Source of the DNA: Octopus sinensis
Lineage: Eukaryota
DNA length: 64,000 nt
Assembly (NCBI RefSeq): GCF_006345805.1
Contig: NC_043012.1
Span: 55,552,001-55,616,000, forward strand
Reading direction: 5' to 3'
In this document: in pieces, positions 40,223 through 53,400 of the stretch
Layout: every line of letters starts with the position of its first letter
How positions within the stretch are numbered: position 1 is the first letter of the stretch
Notes under the pieces: model-generated
Databases searched by the model: none
What the model saw: the letters and a program-made list of their open reading frames with translations, nothing else
Told to the model about the DNA's origin: nothing
Program-made: the position numbers and the translations under genes

Positions 40223-41382
40223 GTAAGTAAACTTGATTATATTTTTGTTTCATTTTCTTCTACTTGTTTCAGATTGTTGCCATGCTGGAGCATAGTTTTA
40301 AAGGGTCTAGTTGAACAAATCACCCGCTCTGCCCGAACTTATTTTTAAAGTCTATAGGTGCCTTTTGCTGAACTGCTAAGGTACAGGGATATAAACAAAC
40401 CAACACCAGTTACAGAACAAGTATTAAGGGGTATGGATGTAGTGACTTGTAGATAAAGAGTAGAAAGTGACCAATGATGCATGGGGGAGAAGAACAGCAG
40501 AATGATAATGATAATACAGTAGACAGGAGAAGGGTGAGAGAAAAAGAGAGAGAGATGATATGTAATTGGGTATGGTGTTGCAGGAGAGTAGAGGTGGGAG
40601 GAGAGGGAGATATAATTCGGTAGCTTGGTAGAGTGATCAATGTAAAAACTGGGTGGAGAGTATTGTGTATGGATGTAGAATTGATATCAAGTGAAATGGT
40701 TCCAGGCAGTGAGAAAGATGTTTTTGCAGAAGATTTCATATATCATCATCATCATCATCATCACCACCATCTTTTGCTGAACTGCTAAGTTACGGGGGAC
40801 GGAAACACACCTGCATCGATTGTCAAGTGATGTTGGGCGTACAAACACAGACACTGAAACGTATACACACACACACACACACACACACATACATACATAC
40901 ATATATACAATGGGCTTCTTTCAGTTTCCGTCTACCAAATCCACTCACAAAGGCTTTGATTGGCCCAAGGCTATAGTAGAAGACACTTGCCCAAGGTGCC
41001 ACACAGTGGGACTGAACCCAGAACCATGTGGTTGGTAAGCAAGCTACTTACCACACAACCATTCCTGCGCCTTTATGAATATATGTTTGTGTGTGTGTGT
41101 GGTGTGTGTGTGTGTGTGTTCGTATTTCATGGGCTTCTGTCAGTTTTTGTCTAACAAATCCACTTACAATGCTTTGATTGGAGAAGGCTGTAAACGAGGA
41201 CACTTGCTCAAGGTGCCACTCAGTGGGACTGAACCTGAAACCCTGCAGTTGAAAGCAAACTTCTTAACCACATAGCTAAGCCTGCACCTATACCTCCCTC
41301 CCCAACAAAACAATTTGAATCCTTGTGCCTATCTCAGAAATCAACTAAACTCTTTTAATGATATCATTTCTCTGACTCTTAG

Positions 41383-41520
41383 ATTCCTCGGAACACTCGG
41401 CTGATGTATGTCCACAGTTACCAAAGTTACGTCTGGAATACAATGGTCTCTCAAAGAATCAAACAGTTCGGTCTGGTGCCGTCATTGGAGATTTAGTTTA
41501 CGACAAGACAGATGTGACTG
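41383..41520 (+). CDS. PUS7: PUS7 coding exon 13 ([33 protein letters not shown] / [13 protein letters not shown]) with an apparent 1-nt deletion
   Basis: cttag| and G|gtaagt; [13 protein letters not shown] motif; 138 nt where splice phases need 3n+1. The first frame hits TAG at 41494-41496; the shifted frame restores the conserved GDLV. Confidence 0.93.
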
Positions 41521-41639
41521 GTAAGTTTATTTGGTGCTGTTCTTATTATTTGTCTTGATATTTTAATTCGTTATCATCGACAACGTTAAAATTGACCTTA
41601 TTTGTACATCAGGGGCTACTTTACTGAATATGTCCTACT

Positions 41640-41915
41640 ATAACAACAACAACACTGAACACCTTTTTGATCTCCATGTGTCCAACACACGTGGACATGC
41701 CTACAAAGTCAGAAAACAACACAGCTCCCATGACTTTCGGAAACATTTTTTCACGCTCAGAGTTGCTGAAGCATGGAATAAACTGCCTGCGTCAGTTGTT
41801 GACTGCCATGACACTGCATCCTTTAAGGCCCTCATGCTTTCCGAAATCCGCTGAAACTACACCTGATTATATATACACTTTAGATGAGTTGTAGTGCACC
41901 TGAGCACTGTACACA

Positions 41916-41945
<30 letters not shown>
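41640..41945 (+). mobile_element. CR1-clade LINE 3' end (5'-truncated)
   Basis: LFDLHVSNTRGHAYKVRKQH...RKHFFTLRVAEAWNKLPASVV...FK, followed by a short 3' UTR and a (ATT)n tail. Confidence 0.85.
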
Positions 41946-41948
<3 letters not shown>

Positions 41949-42162
41949 ATTAAAATGGCAGGATTAACTTGAAGATTTGGCTTCTATTTCTAGCAGCTTC
42001 GTCAACCACAAAGAGGCTCAGTCATTGGCCCAATATTGTAGTAGTAGCAGCAGCAGCAGTAGTAGGTGTTGTATAATACAATACTCTACTGTACATTGTT
42101 TTTAATCAGAGTGATCCACTTATCTAACTGTATTATCTATATTTTCCACGATTTGGATTATC

Positions 42163-42564
42163 AGATCTTTTTGGTTTCAACGGCAGTTTTTAAAAAATAA
42201 TTTCCACATAACTAAACACTTTTAAACTTCGTATACTGGTAGAATGTATTTATAAACCATCTTTTTCTCTTGGCTTTATTGAGAAAATTCTATAGTTTGT
42301 AAGATATTTGTTGTTTTTTTTCTGCAATTTCAACCAATCAATGACGTCTATTGAGGTGAAAACATTCTGTGCCGTATGAATATGTCCCTCGTTTAAGAAA
42401 CAGATTGGGTTTATTTACATTTCTGAAGAAAAAAGATACCCTTCCCCCCACCCCTAACCCTAAAACAGATTGAAATGTAATAGATCGATACTAGGGTCAT
42501 AATTATGGGTAACAATTTCATATGACACAGCTAGAAAAAACTGCCGTTCAAACCGAAAAGATCT
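42163..42564 (-). mobile_element. ~400 bp MITE, copy 5 (PUS7 intron 13)
   Basis: Perfect 8 bp TSD ggattatc. Confidence 0.92.
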
Positions 42565-43980
42565 GGATTATCTGATAGTGTTGGGGTTACCTCCCTTGCT
42601 TAATTTTTAGATTTCTTTTTACACAGCTTTGGTTGGAGCTTTGAAGGAACGTGGCTTAGTGGTTAGGGTATTCGGTTCACGATCGTAACATTGTGAGTTC
42701 GATTCCTGGCAGCACGCTGTGTTGTCCTTGAGCAAAGTACTTTATTTCACATTGCTCCAGTGAACTCAGCTGGCAAAAATGATTTGTCCCTGTAATTCAA
42801 AAGGACCAGCTTTGTTACATTCTATGCCTCTCTGAATCTTCCTGAGAACTACATTAAGGGTATGTCTGTCTGTACAGTGCTCAGCTACTAGCAAGTTAAT
42901 TTCACATGTAGGTTGTTCCGTTGATCAGGTCAACTGGAACCCTCGTTGTAACTAACGGAATACCAGTTACTCATACTAGGAGTTAAAAAACAACCATAGG
43001 AAACCATTGTGTGGATGTGTTGCACTGATTGCACTGTTTATAGCAATGTATTAATCATACATTCTAGGCACAGCAGTGGCTGTGTGGTAAGAAGCTTGCT
43101 TCCCAACCACATGGTTCCAGGTTCAGTCCCACTGCATTGCACCTTGGCAAGTGTCTTCTACTATAGTCTTATTTCTTTATTGCCCACAAGGGGCTAAACA
43201 TAGAGGGGACAAACAAGGACAGACAAAGGGATTAAGTCGATTATATCGACCCCAGTGTGCAACTGGTACTTATTTAATCGACCTCCAAAAGGATGGAAGG
43301 CAAAGTCGACCTTAGCGGAATTTGAACTCAGAACATAGCAGCAGACGAAATACCACTGAGCATTTCGCCTGGCGTGCTAACGTTTCTGCCAGCTCAACAC
43401 CTTCTACTATAGTCTTGGGTCAACCAAAGCCTTGTGAGTGGTTTTAGTTGACAGAAACTGAAAGAAGCCTGTCATATATATATATGTATATATATCTGTG
43501 TGTGTGTGTGTCTCTCTCTGTTTGTCCCCACTCCTATCATCTTTTGACAACTGGTGTTGGTGTGTTTACATCCCTGTAACTTAGCAATTCAGCAAAAGAG
43601 ACCAATAGATTAAGTAATAAGCTTAAAAAATAAGTACTGGGGTCGATTCATTCAACTAAAAATTCAAGGCGGTGCCCCAGCATGGCCACAGTCTAATGAC
43701 TGAAACAGGTAAAAGATAAAAGACTCTAATTAAGACTGTGAGTTGGCAGATTCATTTCTGTGCTGGTTGAAATGCTTAGCAAGATTTTTTTCAGCTCCTT
43801 ATGTTCTAGGTTCAAATGCCACTGAGGTCAACTTTTCCTCTCACCCTTTCAAGGGTCTGATAAAATAAGTACCAGTGATATACTGGGGGTTGATGTAATC
43901 AACTAGCCCTCTCCCACAAAATTTCAGAGCTTGTACCTATAACCGAAAGAATTATACATTCTAATTAATATTTATTACAG

Positions 43981-44106
43981 CTGTGAACACAGATGCTTGC
44001 AAGGAGGTGCCACACACCATCACTGCTGACAACATCTCAAAATATACAATACATGATATTGTGATGCCTCTACCTGGTTTTAGTATCTTGTACCCTGATA
44101 ATGAAG
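43981..44106 (+). CDS. PUS7: PUS7 coding exon 14 (AVNTDACKEVPHTITADNISKYTIHDIVMPLPGFSILYPDNE)
   Basis: ttacag| and G|gtcagt; Y.IHD.VMPLPGF...YP motif; 126 nt. Confidence 0.96.
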
Positions 44107-44383
44107 GTCAGTATTAAATATATGGAGCTGTTTGTTTTGATTATCAAATTGTATATTACCTCTGAATCACCCCCAACATCGCTTGGCAACCGATGTGTTT
44201 ACGTCCCCGTAACTTAGCAGTTCGGCAAAAATGTCCAATAGAATAAGTACTAGGCTTTCAAAGAATAAGTCCTGGTGTCTATTTGCTCGACTAAAGGCAG
44301 TGCTCCAGCATGGCCGCTGTCAAATGACTGAAACAAGTAAGAGTACAAGAGATATAGTTTACATCTTTTTTCTTATTTTTTAG

Positions 44384-44453
44384 CTAAAAATTGGTACAAA
44401 GAAATCTTAAGCAAAGATGGCCTAGATGTTGATAACCTACGGCATTCAAACAA
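44384..44453 (+). CDS. PUS7: PUS7 coding exon 15 (AKNWYKEILSKDGLDVDNLRHSNK)
   Basis: ttttag| and AA|gtaagt; Y.E.L..D.LD.DN.RH motif; 70 nt. Confidence 0.95.
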
Positions 44454-44894
44454 GTAAGTTGGTGCTTTCGAATTATTGGTATTTTTCTTTTTATTTACCG
44501 TTTTGTCTTTTTGTTTTTGTTTTGTTTTGTTTTCGTTTTTGTTTCAGTTATTAGACTGCAGTCATACTGGAGCACCAGCTTGAAGACATTTCAGTTAAAT
44601 GAAATGACCGCCCCCAGTGTTTTTTTATTTTAAGCTGGGTACCTATTCTAAGTACCAGACTTAAAAAAGAAATACTGGGGACCAAAAATGGTTGAGAAAT
44701 GGTCAAGAAACACTGTTCTAAAGTATCCTCTCCCTTGTTTAAGACAGCAGGATGTAATTTGAAGGTGTTTTGGCTGCTATATCTGGCAAGAAGTGTGACT
44801 GCATAGCGGTATCCTCATTCACTCGTTTCACTCAAAGTATGATGAATTGACTCTAATGACAGAAGCTGATCAAACAAGAGATCAACCATGTTTT

Positions 44895-45317
44895 TATTTA
44901 CATTATTTACATTTGACAGATATTTGTCCTCATCTTGTTTATTGTTAACACGCTTTGGCTGATATACCTTCCAGCCTTCATCAGGTGTCTTGGGGAAATT
45001 TTGAACCTGGGTTCTCATTCCTAAGGTATTTTTCAATGTTGTTGTTGTCGGCGGCGGCGCCGGCACTGCTTGGAATTGAACTCGGAATCATGGGGTTAGT
45101 AGCCCGTGCTCTTAACCACTACGCCATATGCAATAATAATAATAATATCGAAAAATACCTTAGGAATGAGAACCCAGGTTCGAAATTTCCCCAAGACACC
45201 TGATGAAGGCTGGAGGGTATATCAGCCAAAACGTTGTGTTAACAACAAGATGAGGACAAATATCTGTCAAATGTAAATAATGTACATAATTCCTCATCTC
45301 TTAAATATAGACCTGAA
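44895..45317. mobile_element. TSD-flanked inverted-repeat element (Penelope-like pLTR-type arms) enclosing a tRNA-like head
   Basis: ~140 nt arms at 44899-45040 and 45144-45284; 12 bp direct repeat caaccatgtttt at 44883-44894 and 45318-45329; hammerhead-like core in the arms. Confidence 0.7.
45195..45240 (+). ncRNA. Minimal type I hammerhead-like motif (PUS7 intron 15)
   Basis: gacac-CTGATGA-a-ggctg(10 nt)cagcc-aAAAC-GTT-gtgtt; G12 replaced by A at 45228 (CpG context). Confidence 0.6.
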
Positions 45318-45539
45318 CAACCATGTTTTGTCAGCATCTTGAAGAGTGTGTAGGTGCTGTTACCCAGCTCTCCTAAACCATTCCTGATCCAGCAGATATT
45401 GTCTAAAACACAGATTCTTTACCATTTTTTGTCTATGGACCCCTCTGATTACTATTTCATTCTGGTGGATCCCACTAACCATTCGTTGTTTAAAAAAATT
45501 TGTTGCGTTTATAGATACTTCTTTCAAAATTCTTATTTT

Positions 45540-46010
45540 GTCGAAATCAAATTCGATGACTGGCATCTGTGCTAGTGGAGCACTAAGAGCACCAACCGAG
45601 CGTGATTGTTGCCAGAGCAGCAAACTGGCTTCCATGCCGGTGGCACGTAAAAAGCACCATTCGAGCGTGATTGTTACCAGTGTCGCCTTACTGGCACTTG
45701 TGCTGGTGGCACGTGAAAAACATTTGAGCAAGGTCGTTGCCAGTGCCACTTGACTGGCCCCTGTGCAGGTGGCACATAAAAAACACCATTTGAGTATGGC
45801 CATTGCCAGTACTGTCTGACTGGCCCTCGTGCTGGTGTTACATAAAAGCACCCACTACATTCTCGGAGTGGTTGGCATTAGGAAGGGCATCCAGCTGTAG
45901 AAACTCTGCCAGATCAGATTGGAGCCTGGTGCAGCCTTCTGGTTTGCCAGTCCTCAGTCAAATCGTCCAACCCATGGTAGCATGGAAAGCGGACGTTAAA
46001 CGATGATGAT
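45540..46010 (-). mobile_element. RTE-like non-autonomous retroposon family D (cagctggatgcccttcctaacgccaacc core; catcatcatcgtttaacgtcc head), representative copy
   Basis: Dispersed copies (approximate): 13835-14285-, 21455-21900-, 50655-50955+, 61360-61530+, plus fragments at 26240, 28500, 32090 and 49120; internal tandem ~40 bp subrepeats. The RTE label is by resemblance only. Confidence 0.65.
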
Positions 46011-47580
46011 GATGATGATGCCTTCGCTTGCATAGGGTGAATTATGTAAAACATCAGAGAAAGAAACCTAACTGTTTTTTGCAATAAATATATCGAAATC
46101 AAAAATTATTTCATGGTCCCCAAGAATACTATTGCAGACCTAATTTACTATTTCGCTTGTGAAAGATCTCATATTGACCCTAAGGGGTCATATGGTTGAG
46201 AGCCACTGGCCTAAAACATTCAGGCTGTGACCATCCTGTCTTTTATTCAAACATAGCATATAAAGTAAGGGTTATTCATACCTTTTTTTTTTAAGACAAT
46301 AGGGTTTGGTTTGTAGGAAATTTAATTGCTATTTCTAGAAGCCTGAGTAACCACATAAAAAATCCATCATTGGATCCTCTATGAGTACACTTTATGATCG
46401 AATATGTTCCAACCATGACCATCCTGTCACTCGTTTTTCCTTCATGATATATCTGGGACTATATTAGCTAATGTATCTTCGCTTTTTTTTCAAGACAGTC
46501 AGGTGTGATTTGAGGGAAATTCAGCTATTGTTTTTTATTGATTGATTGACCATATGGAGACTCTAGACATGTTGACATCATTAAAAAAAAATGGTTTATG
46601 TATTGTTGAAAAGCTGATATTTTCTATTTTTCTATGGGAAAATTGTTGCTTGAAAGTTTAAAAATCTGTTCTTCAGAATGGGGTCCAAAACATTGGGTAA
46701 AAACCCCTTTCAGTCATGAATGACCATGGAATTGCACCTAGTAAGTTCCCCTCCAGGGCACAGGTCTGGGCAAGGTTATATATATGGAAGATCAGCAGTT
46801 GCCCATGCATACCAGTCTCCTCGCTCCATGCCATCGATGTTATCAGAGGGAAAGGCCATGGCTGATACAGTTTGGCACCAGTGACATTGCAACTCATTTC
46901 TATAACTGGAGCAATGTGAAATGAAGTGTCTTGCTCAAGAACACAACAGTCCGGGAATCAAACTCACAACCTCATGATTCTAAGCCTGACACTGTAACCA
47001 CTGAGCCATGCACCTTCATCGGTCCCACATATTACAGTTTAAATTAAATTTAAATAGCACAGGAGTGGCTGTGTGGTAAGTAGCTTGCCTATCAACCACA
47101 TAGTTCCAGGTTCAGTCCCACCATGTGGCACCTTGGGCAAGTGCCTTCTACTATAGCCTTGGGCCGACCAAAGCCTTTTGAGTGGATTTGGTAGATGGAA
47201 ACTGAAAGAAGCCTGTCATATACATGTCTTTGTGTCTGTGTTTGTCCTTCATCAGTGCTTGACAACCGGTGTGTGTGTGTTTACACCTCATAACTTAGTG
47301 GTTTGGCAAAAGAGACCAATAAAATAAATACCAGGCTTAAAAAACAATAAGTACTGGGGTTGATTCTTTTAACTAAAAACTTTTCCAAGGCAGTGCTCCA
47401 GCATAGCCACAGTCTAATGACTGAAACAAGTAAAAGATAAAAGACAAACCCATCAAGGTGGTCCCCCAGCATGGCGACAATCCAATGACTGAGATGAATA
47501 AAAGATTAAAAAATTGAAGATTAAGCTTACAGATTAATTGATTAAAGAAAAAACCCAAAAAACTATCCTTTCTTTTCCAG

Positions 47581-47732
47581 AGATTATTCTTTACCTGGTA
47601 CCTACCGGAAAATGGTGATCAAGTCTACAGGTGTTTCTTGGAAAATCTATCGGTACAATGATGTGAAGATCCCCCTCTCTTACAGTGATTATGAATTGTT
47701 AAACGGCCCCAAGGAACCTGAGTCAATTGAAG
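47581..47732 (+). CDS. PUS7: PUS7 coding exon 16 (DYSLPGTYRKMVIKSTGVSWKIYRYNDVKIPLSYSDYELLNGPKEPESIE)
   Basis: ttttccag| and G|gtagca; DYSL.G.YRK motif; 152 nt. Confidence 0.96.
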
Positions 47733-48139
47733 GTAGCACTTTTAAATGTCTTAAGTTATTTTATTATTGCTTAACCCTTTAGCATTTAATCCAGCCATAT
47801 CCAGCCCAAATAGTTTACCTGTTTGATGTTAAAACTGACCAGATCCAACCTCTCACACATATCCTACAATGTCATTCAAAAACTATACAAACACACCACT
47901 GAAACCTTGAAGCTACAAAATAATGCATGATTAATTCAAAACAATGTGAATAAGCATTAGACTTAACAAAGAAATCTGAATGCTTTAGGGTTAATCTGGC
48001 CATGTCAGGCCCAAATATTCTATTTTATGTTCAGAATGACTGGATTTAGCCTCCCACACCTATCCTACAATGTCATTCGAAAACTAAACCATCAAAATCT
48101 TGAAGTTACAAAATAATGCATGATTAATTCCAAACAATG

Positions 48140-48561
48140 GGATCTTTTCGGTTTAAACGACAGTTTTTAACATAAATTTTAGGTGACTAAAATATTTTAA
48201 ACTTCGTATACTGGTAGAATGTATTTATAAAACATCTTTTTCTCTTGGTTTTATTGAGAAAATTCTATAGTTTGTAAGATTTTTGTTGTTTTATTTTCTT
48301 CAATTTCTGCAATTTCAACCAATCACTGACGTCTATTGAGGTAAAAAAAAAACATTCTGTGCCGTATGAATATGTCCCTCGTTTAAGAAACAGATTGGGT
48401 TTATTTACATTTGAAAAGAAAAAAAGATACCCTTCCCCCCACCCCTAACCCTAACCCTAAAACAGATTGAAATGCAATAGATCAATACTAGGGTCATAAT
48501 TATGGGTGACAATTTCTTATGACACCGCTAGAAAAAACTGCCGTTCAAACCGAAAAGATCC
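48140..48561 (-). mobile_element. ~420 bp MITE, copy 6 (PUS7 intron 16)
   Basis: Perfect 8 bp TSD aaacaatg. Confidence 0.92.
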
Positions 48562-49868
48562 AAACAATGTTAATAAATAAGGATTAGATTTAACGAAGAA
48601 ATTTGAATGCTAAAGGATTAAGTGTAGGTATGGCTGTGTTACCCAACCATATGGTTTTGGTTCAGTACTTCTGCACGGCACCTAGGATCTTGTACTATAA
48701 TCCTTAGCCAACCAAAGTTTTGTGAGTGGATTAGGTTGATGGAAACTGAAAGAAGTTCATCATCTACCTACCCATCCATATATGCATGTGTGTGTGTGTG
48801 TGTTACTGTCTCCTTTTTGCCTTGACAACATGTGGTAGTACTAAGCAGGTGTTACCATCATACAAGCAGGTGCCTTTGTTTCCAGTCTTCTGAGGCATGT
48901 CTGCTTATGGAGAAATATTACCTTATTTAGAAACAGGTGACTGGAAGGGCATTCATCATACAGAATCTGGCTCAGTAAATCCTGCCCATCTAACCCATGC
49001 CAGCATGGAAAAGTGCACCATAAATGGTGATGATGATGATATTGATGAGGTTAATCTTTGGTTTCTGTGATTTATGTCACACACAAGTTGGCTGCAGACA
49101 CATCTGCCATCATCATCATCATCATCCTCGTTCAACGTCCTATTTCCATGCTGGCATGGGTTGGACGGTTTGACAGACGCTGGCCAGGCAGAAGATTGCG
49201 CCATACTTCTGAGTCTGTTTTGACATGTTTTTTTTATGCCTGGATGCCCTTCCTAACACCAACCACCCCGCAGAGTGGGCTGAGTGCTTTTTACGTGGCA
49301 TCAACACATCAAGGTCAGTTCTGGCATATTTTTTTTTACAGCTGGATGCCCTTCCAAATGCCAACCACTTCAGACTGTGGACTGGATGCTTTGTAAGTGG
49401 CCAAGTCACCAACTAACTTGCAAGACAAGGAACCTTTGGGAGGGGAGGGGGCATTGGAGGAGGTGATCGTGTGACAGAAAGACAGAGACAGATTCCTTGC
49501 TGCAGAGGAGGAACATGGTTATCCAGCCAGAGAGAGTTAGAGGTGGTTAAGAAATGCATTATGCAATGATGTGGTTATGAAATCACATGTTTAGGAGTTC
49601 AAACTTTTAACTACTACTATCACCAACACTACTACATGTGATTAACCTAAGGAAAAAGGGTGGTTGCTTGACCAGCTTAAAAAATAGCTAGCAAGTGACC
49701 AAATGTCACTCAAATCAGAACCTGGCCCTCCTGAGTAAGTTGAAATGAACATTTCCCCCAAAAATGTACCTGTTTCTGGCAATTGAGTGAATTTTTACCT
49801 ATTCTTGACAACTGGGTGAATTGGCAACCATTCTTGACAATTAGGTGAATCGGTGCTATCCTCGATAT

Positions 49869-49905
<37 letters not shown>

Positions 49906-50242
49906 CAGCAGCAGCGATTGTGGTGGTGGTGGTGGTGTTAGTAGTAGAGGTGGTGGTAATAGTGATGAGGCTAAGTAAATATTCACAGGGTATTGAGATC
50001 TTGTTTAGATAAATTGAAATTTAGATAATCTGATATTCAGATAACCAAGGTTTGCATCTGAGGCATCAAAGACAAAATGATTAGATTTTTTTTGTTTGTT
50101 TGTTTGTTTGTTTGCATTCCTTGTTCCCCACCACATCCTCCATCTGGGTTATCTGTTAAGAAAACCCCCCACCAAAAAACAAACCACTAACTCATTGTTA
50201 TCTTATCTTTTCCTTCTATGTTCTTCAAACCACTTGAAACAG

Positions 50243-50409
50243 GAGGAAACCTGAAAGCCATTAGGCTGTGCATCACACTGCCACCTTCCTGCTATGCTAC
50301 AATGGCCATTAGAGAGATTATGAAAACCGACACGTCTTCTGCTTACCAAGCAAAACTCACTGAAGAAATCGCAGATTCCGACGATAAACAGGCAACACTT
50401 GAGTCGTAA
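50243..50409 (+). CDS. PUS7: PUS7 last coding exon (GGNLKAIRLCITLPPSCYATMAIREIMKTDTSSAYQAKLTEEIADSDDKQATLES*)
   Basis: aaacag| acceptor after a pyrimidine tract; LPPS.YATMAIRE motif; TAA at 50407-50409; 167 nt. Confidence 0.96.
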
Positions 50410-50477
50410 TGCTTCAAGCGTTTGGTTTCAAATCTCTCATTCTCAGAACCATTAATAATAATCATATTAATAATGAT

Positions 50478-50483
50478 AATAAA
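50478..50483 (+). terminator. Candidate PUS7 polyadenylation signal (AATAAA)
   Basis: About 70 nt after the stop codon, followed by a T/GT-rich downstream tract. Confidence 0.55.
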
Positions 50484-53400
50484 CATCTTTTGTTTTATAA
50501 TGTGTTTTTGTGTAATTGTTTTTTCTTTAATATTGATGTTTGTTGTGTGCATGTATGTGTGTATGTTTATGTATGTTTGTGTGAGTGGTGGTGATGGTGG
50601 TGTATTCCATTTAATCAACTGAGAAGAAGTTTACATTATCATCATCATCATCATCATCACCAGTTAACCTCTGCTTTCCATGCTGGCATGGGTTGGACGA
50701 TTTGACTGAGGACTGGCGAACCAGATGGCTGCACCAGGCTCCAGTCTTGATCTGGCAGAGTTTCTACAGCTGGATGCCCTTCCTAACGCCAACCACTCCG
50801 AGAGTGTAGTGGGTGCTTTTACGTGCTACTGGCATGAGGGCCAGTCAGACGGTACTGGCAACGGCCACGCCCAAATGGTGTTTTTTTAATGTGCCAGTAA
50901 GGTGACGCTGGTAAGGATCACGCTCAAATGGTGCTTTTTATGTGCCACCGGCACAAAAAAACTTGCCTGGACTTGTGCCTCGGAGGGTAACTTTCTAGGT
51001 ACAATCCCATGGTCATTCATGACCGAAGGGGGTCTCCTCCTCAAAAAAATATTAGCATGAATTTGGACAGGTAGTTATCTGAAGCAAAATTTTTTACAGC
51101 GAAGCACTACAGTCACCTCCAGCCCCATTTTCAGCCATCTGTTATTCTCTCCTCATACTCATATGAAACTACCTGTTCTGACCCTGATTGATTGTCTGTA
51201 TCTTCCCCTACACTTACCTTTGTGTACTTTGAGAGTTTGCTCTGATACCCAACAACTACCATCTTTCCTTTCTCCCCTGTTACTTTCACCCGCCTTCACA
51301 ATGCAAGGTAGCCTGATATCTTTTCTACAGTAAGACACCTATGCATTTCCCTCTAATTATACTTTAGCTGCTCAACATCTGGCACAAAGCAACCTCCCTC
51401 TCTCAAATACTCTCCTCCCCCAGCTAGTCAAAGAGGCAATTTTTTCTGGTCTTGCAAGTTACTTGGCAACCTCATTAGTGCTGGGGTCATGAAAAAAGCA
51501 CCCAGTACACATTGTAAAGTAGTCGGTGTTAAGAAGTCATTCAGCCATAGAAATCATACCAATGCAGACATTGGAGCTCAATTCTATCAATCTCTTCTGC
51601 CGAACCACTAAGCTACGGGGATGTAAACACACCAACATCGGTTGTCAAGCAATGGTAGGGGGACTAACACAAACACAAAGACACACAATAGATATATGCA
51701 TATATATACATATATATATATATATACTCTTTTTTACTCTTTTACTTGTTTCAGTCATTTGACTGCGGCCATGCTGGAGCACCGCCTTTAGTCGAGCAAA
51801 TCGACCCCGGGACTTATTCTTTGTAAGCCCAGTACTTATTCTATCGGTCTCTTTTGCCAAACCGCTAAGTGACGGGGACGTAAACACACCAGCATCGGTT
51901 GTCAAGCAATGCTAGGGGGACAAACACAGACACACACACATACACATATATATATATATACATATATACGACAGGCTTCTTTCAGTTTCTGTCTACCAAA
52001 TCCACTCACAAGGCATTGGTCGGCCTGGGGCTATAGCAGAAGACACTTGCCCAAGATGCCACGCAGTGGGACTGAACCCAGAACCATGTGTTTGGTTAGC
52101 AAGCTACTTACCAGACAGCCACTCCTGCACCTATATAATATATAAATACATGCATATGTACATGCCTACATATATATGTATATATACATGCATATATGGG
52201 TACAGGACATCAAAAGAAAACGTTGAACACAATGAGAAATGAAAACATAAAAACAAAAACATAGAAATGAACTTTGTTTTTTGTTTTTCAAACAACAAAA
52301 CAACAGAGAAATGAGACATGCAACTTAAAGAATATTCTCCTTCTTCAGTTGTCCCTGTTTCATCTACTCCACGTTTTCAAAGGCAAGGACAAGACACGAC
52401 TTCATTGAAACAGTCCTTCCTGCAAAGCAAATTAAGTAAAATTTGGGATTTTTTGTGGAAGGTGAAAGTGTAACAAGAACAGGACAGTGAGAACAAAACA
52501 GCAAAAACAAACGGTGAGGGATGTTGAGCCAAGACGATAGAAAAATCATTATGAATGCTAGGAAGACGAGCTGATGAGAGGAGACAGTATAAGCATGTGT
52601 TGTCTTTAGGAAGGTAATGGGCAGAAAGATAGATTCTCTTTTGTCATGTGTCAGCGACCAGAGAGTCAAGGAGGAGGAGTGAGAGAGAGAGAACGGTGAA
52701 GAGGAGAGGAGAAGAATAGGGAAGGATGGGACAGAAAACCAGAAAGGATGAAGAACAAGAGAGGGAGAGGGATAGACAGAGAAGAGATAGTAAAGAAGAA
52801 GAGTTTGCATCATAATTATTAAGATAAAACTTACTTGGAAAAGGGCATGACAGGCTTCTTTCAGTTTCCATCTACTAAAGCCACTCACACGGTTTTGATC
52901 AGCCTGAAGTTATAGTAGAAGACACTTGTCCAAGGTGCCATGCAGTGGGGCTGACCCCAGGACCATATAGTTGGGAAGCAAGCTTCTTACCACACAGCCA
53001 TGCCTGATCAAGTTATCTATAATATAATTGGACATGGGCGATCAATGTATTCTTTCTTGTCCTGAGGTTCACAGCCAAACGGCTGGGTGGATCATGTGAA
53101 AAATGGCACACATGTGCAGACAGGTGCATAGATTGGAATGTGGTTTGTATTTTTTCCCTAGCCCAAGAAAATAGATTGAAACTTTTTCTAATGGAATTCC
53201 CCCTTTTGTTCTGCCATTAAAGCAATCAGTTGCTCACACTGCCGGCATATACCATTTCACTAGCAACAAGGGGAGTACAGAATGACAGTCAGCCAAAACT
53301 TTCGCTATGCTGTCTCTCTTCTTTCACCTCTTTATGGGGTTAATAATCTTAATCTTTATTTAGTTTCTCATTCAAACTACATAATAGGCAGAATTGTCAG

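Noticed and set aside
41470-41500. Programmed ribosomal frameshift or editing-based rescue at the exon 13 lesion
   Set aside because: No slippery heptamer at the site, and recoding the TAG would still leave the wrong frame.
45063-45131. tRNA gene on the minus strand
   Set aside because: A- and B-boxes are present but the acceptor and T stems pair poorly. It is treated as a SINE-type head, as are the other tRNA-like heads in the window.
50240-50245. NAGNAG tandem acceptor (CAG GAG) at the last exon
   Set aside because: GAG is a poor distal acceptor, and use would remove only one Gly; no evidence of use.
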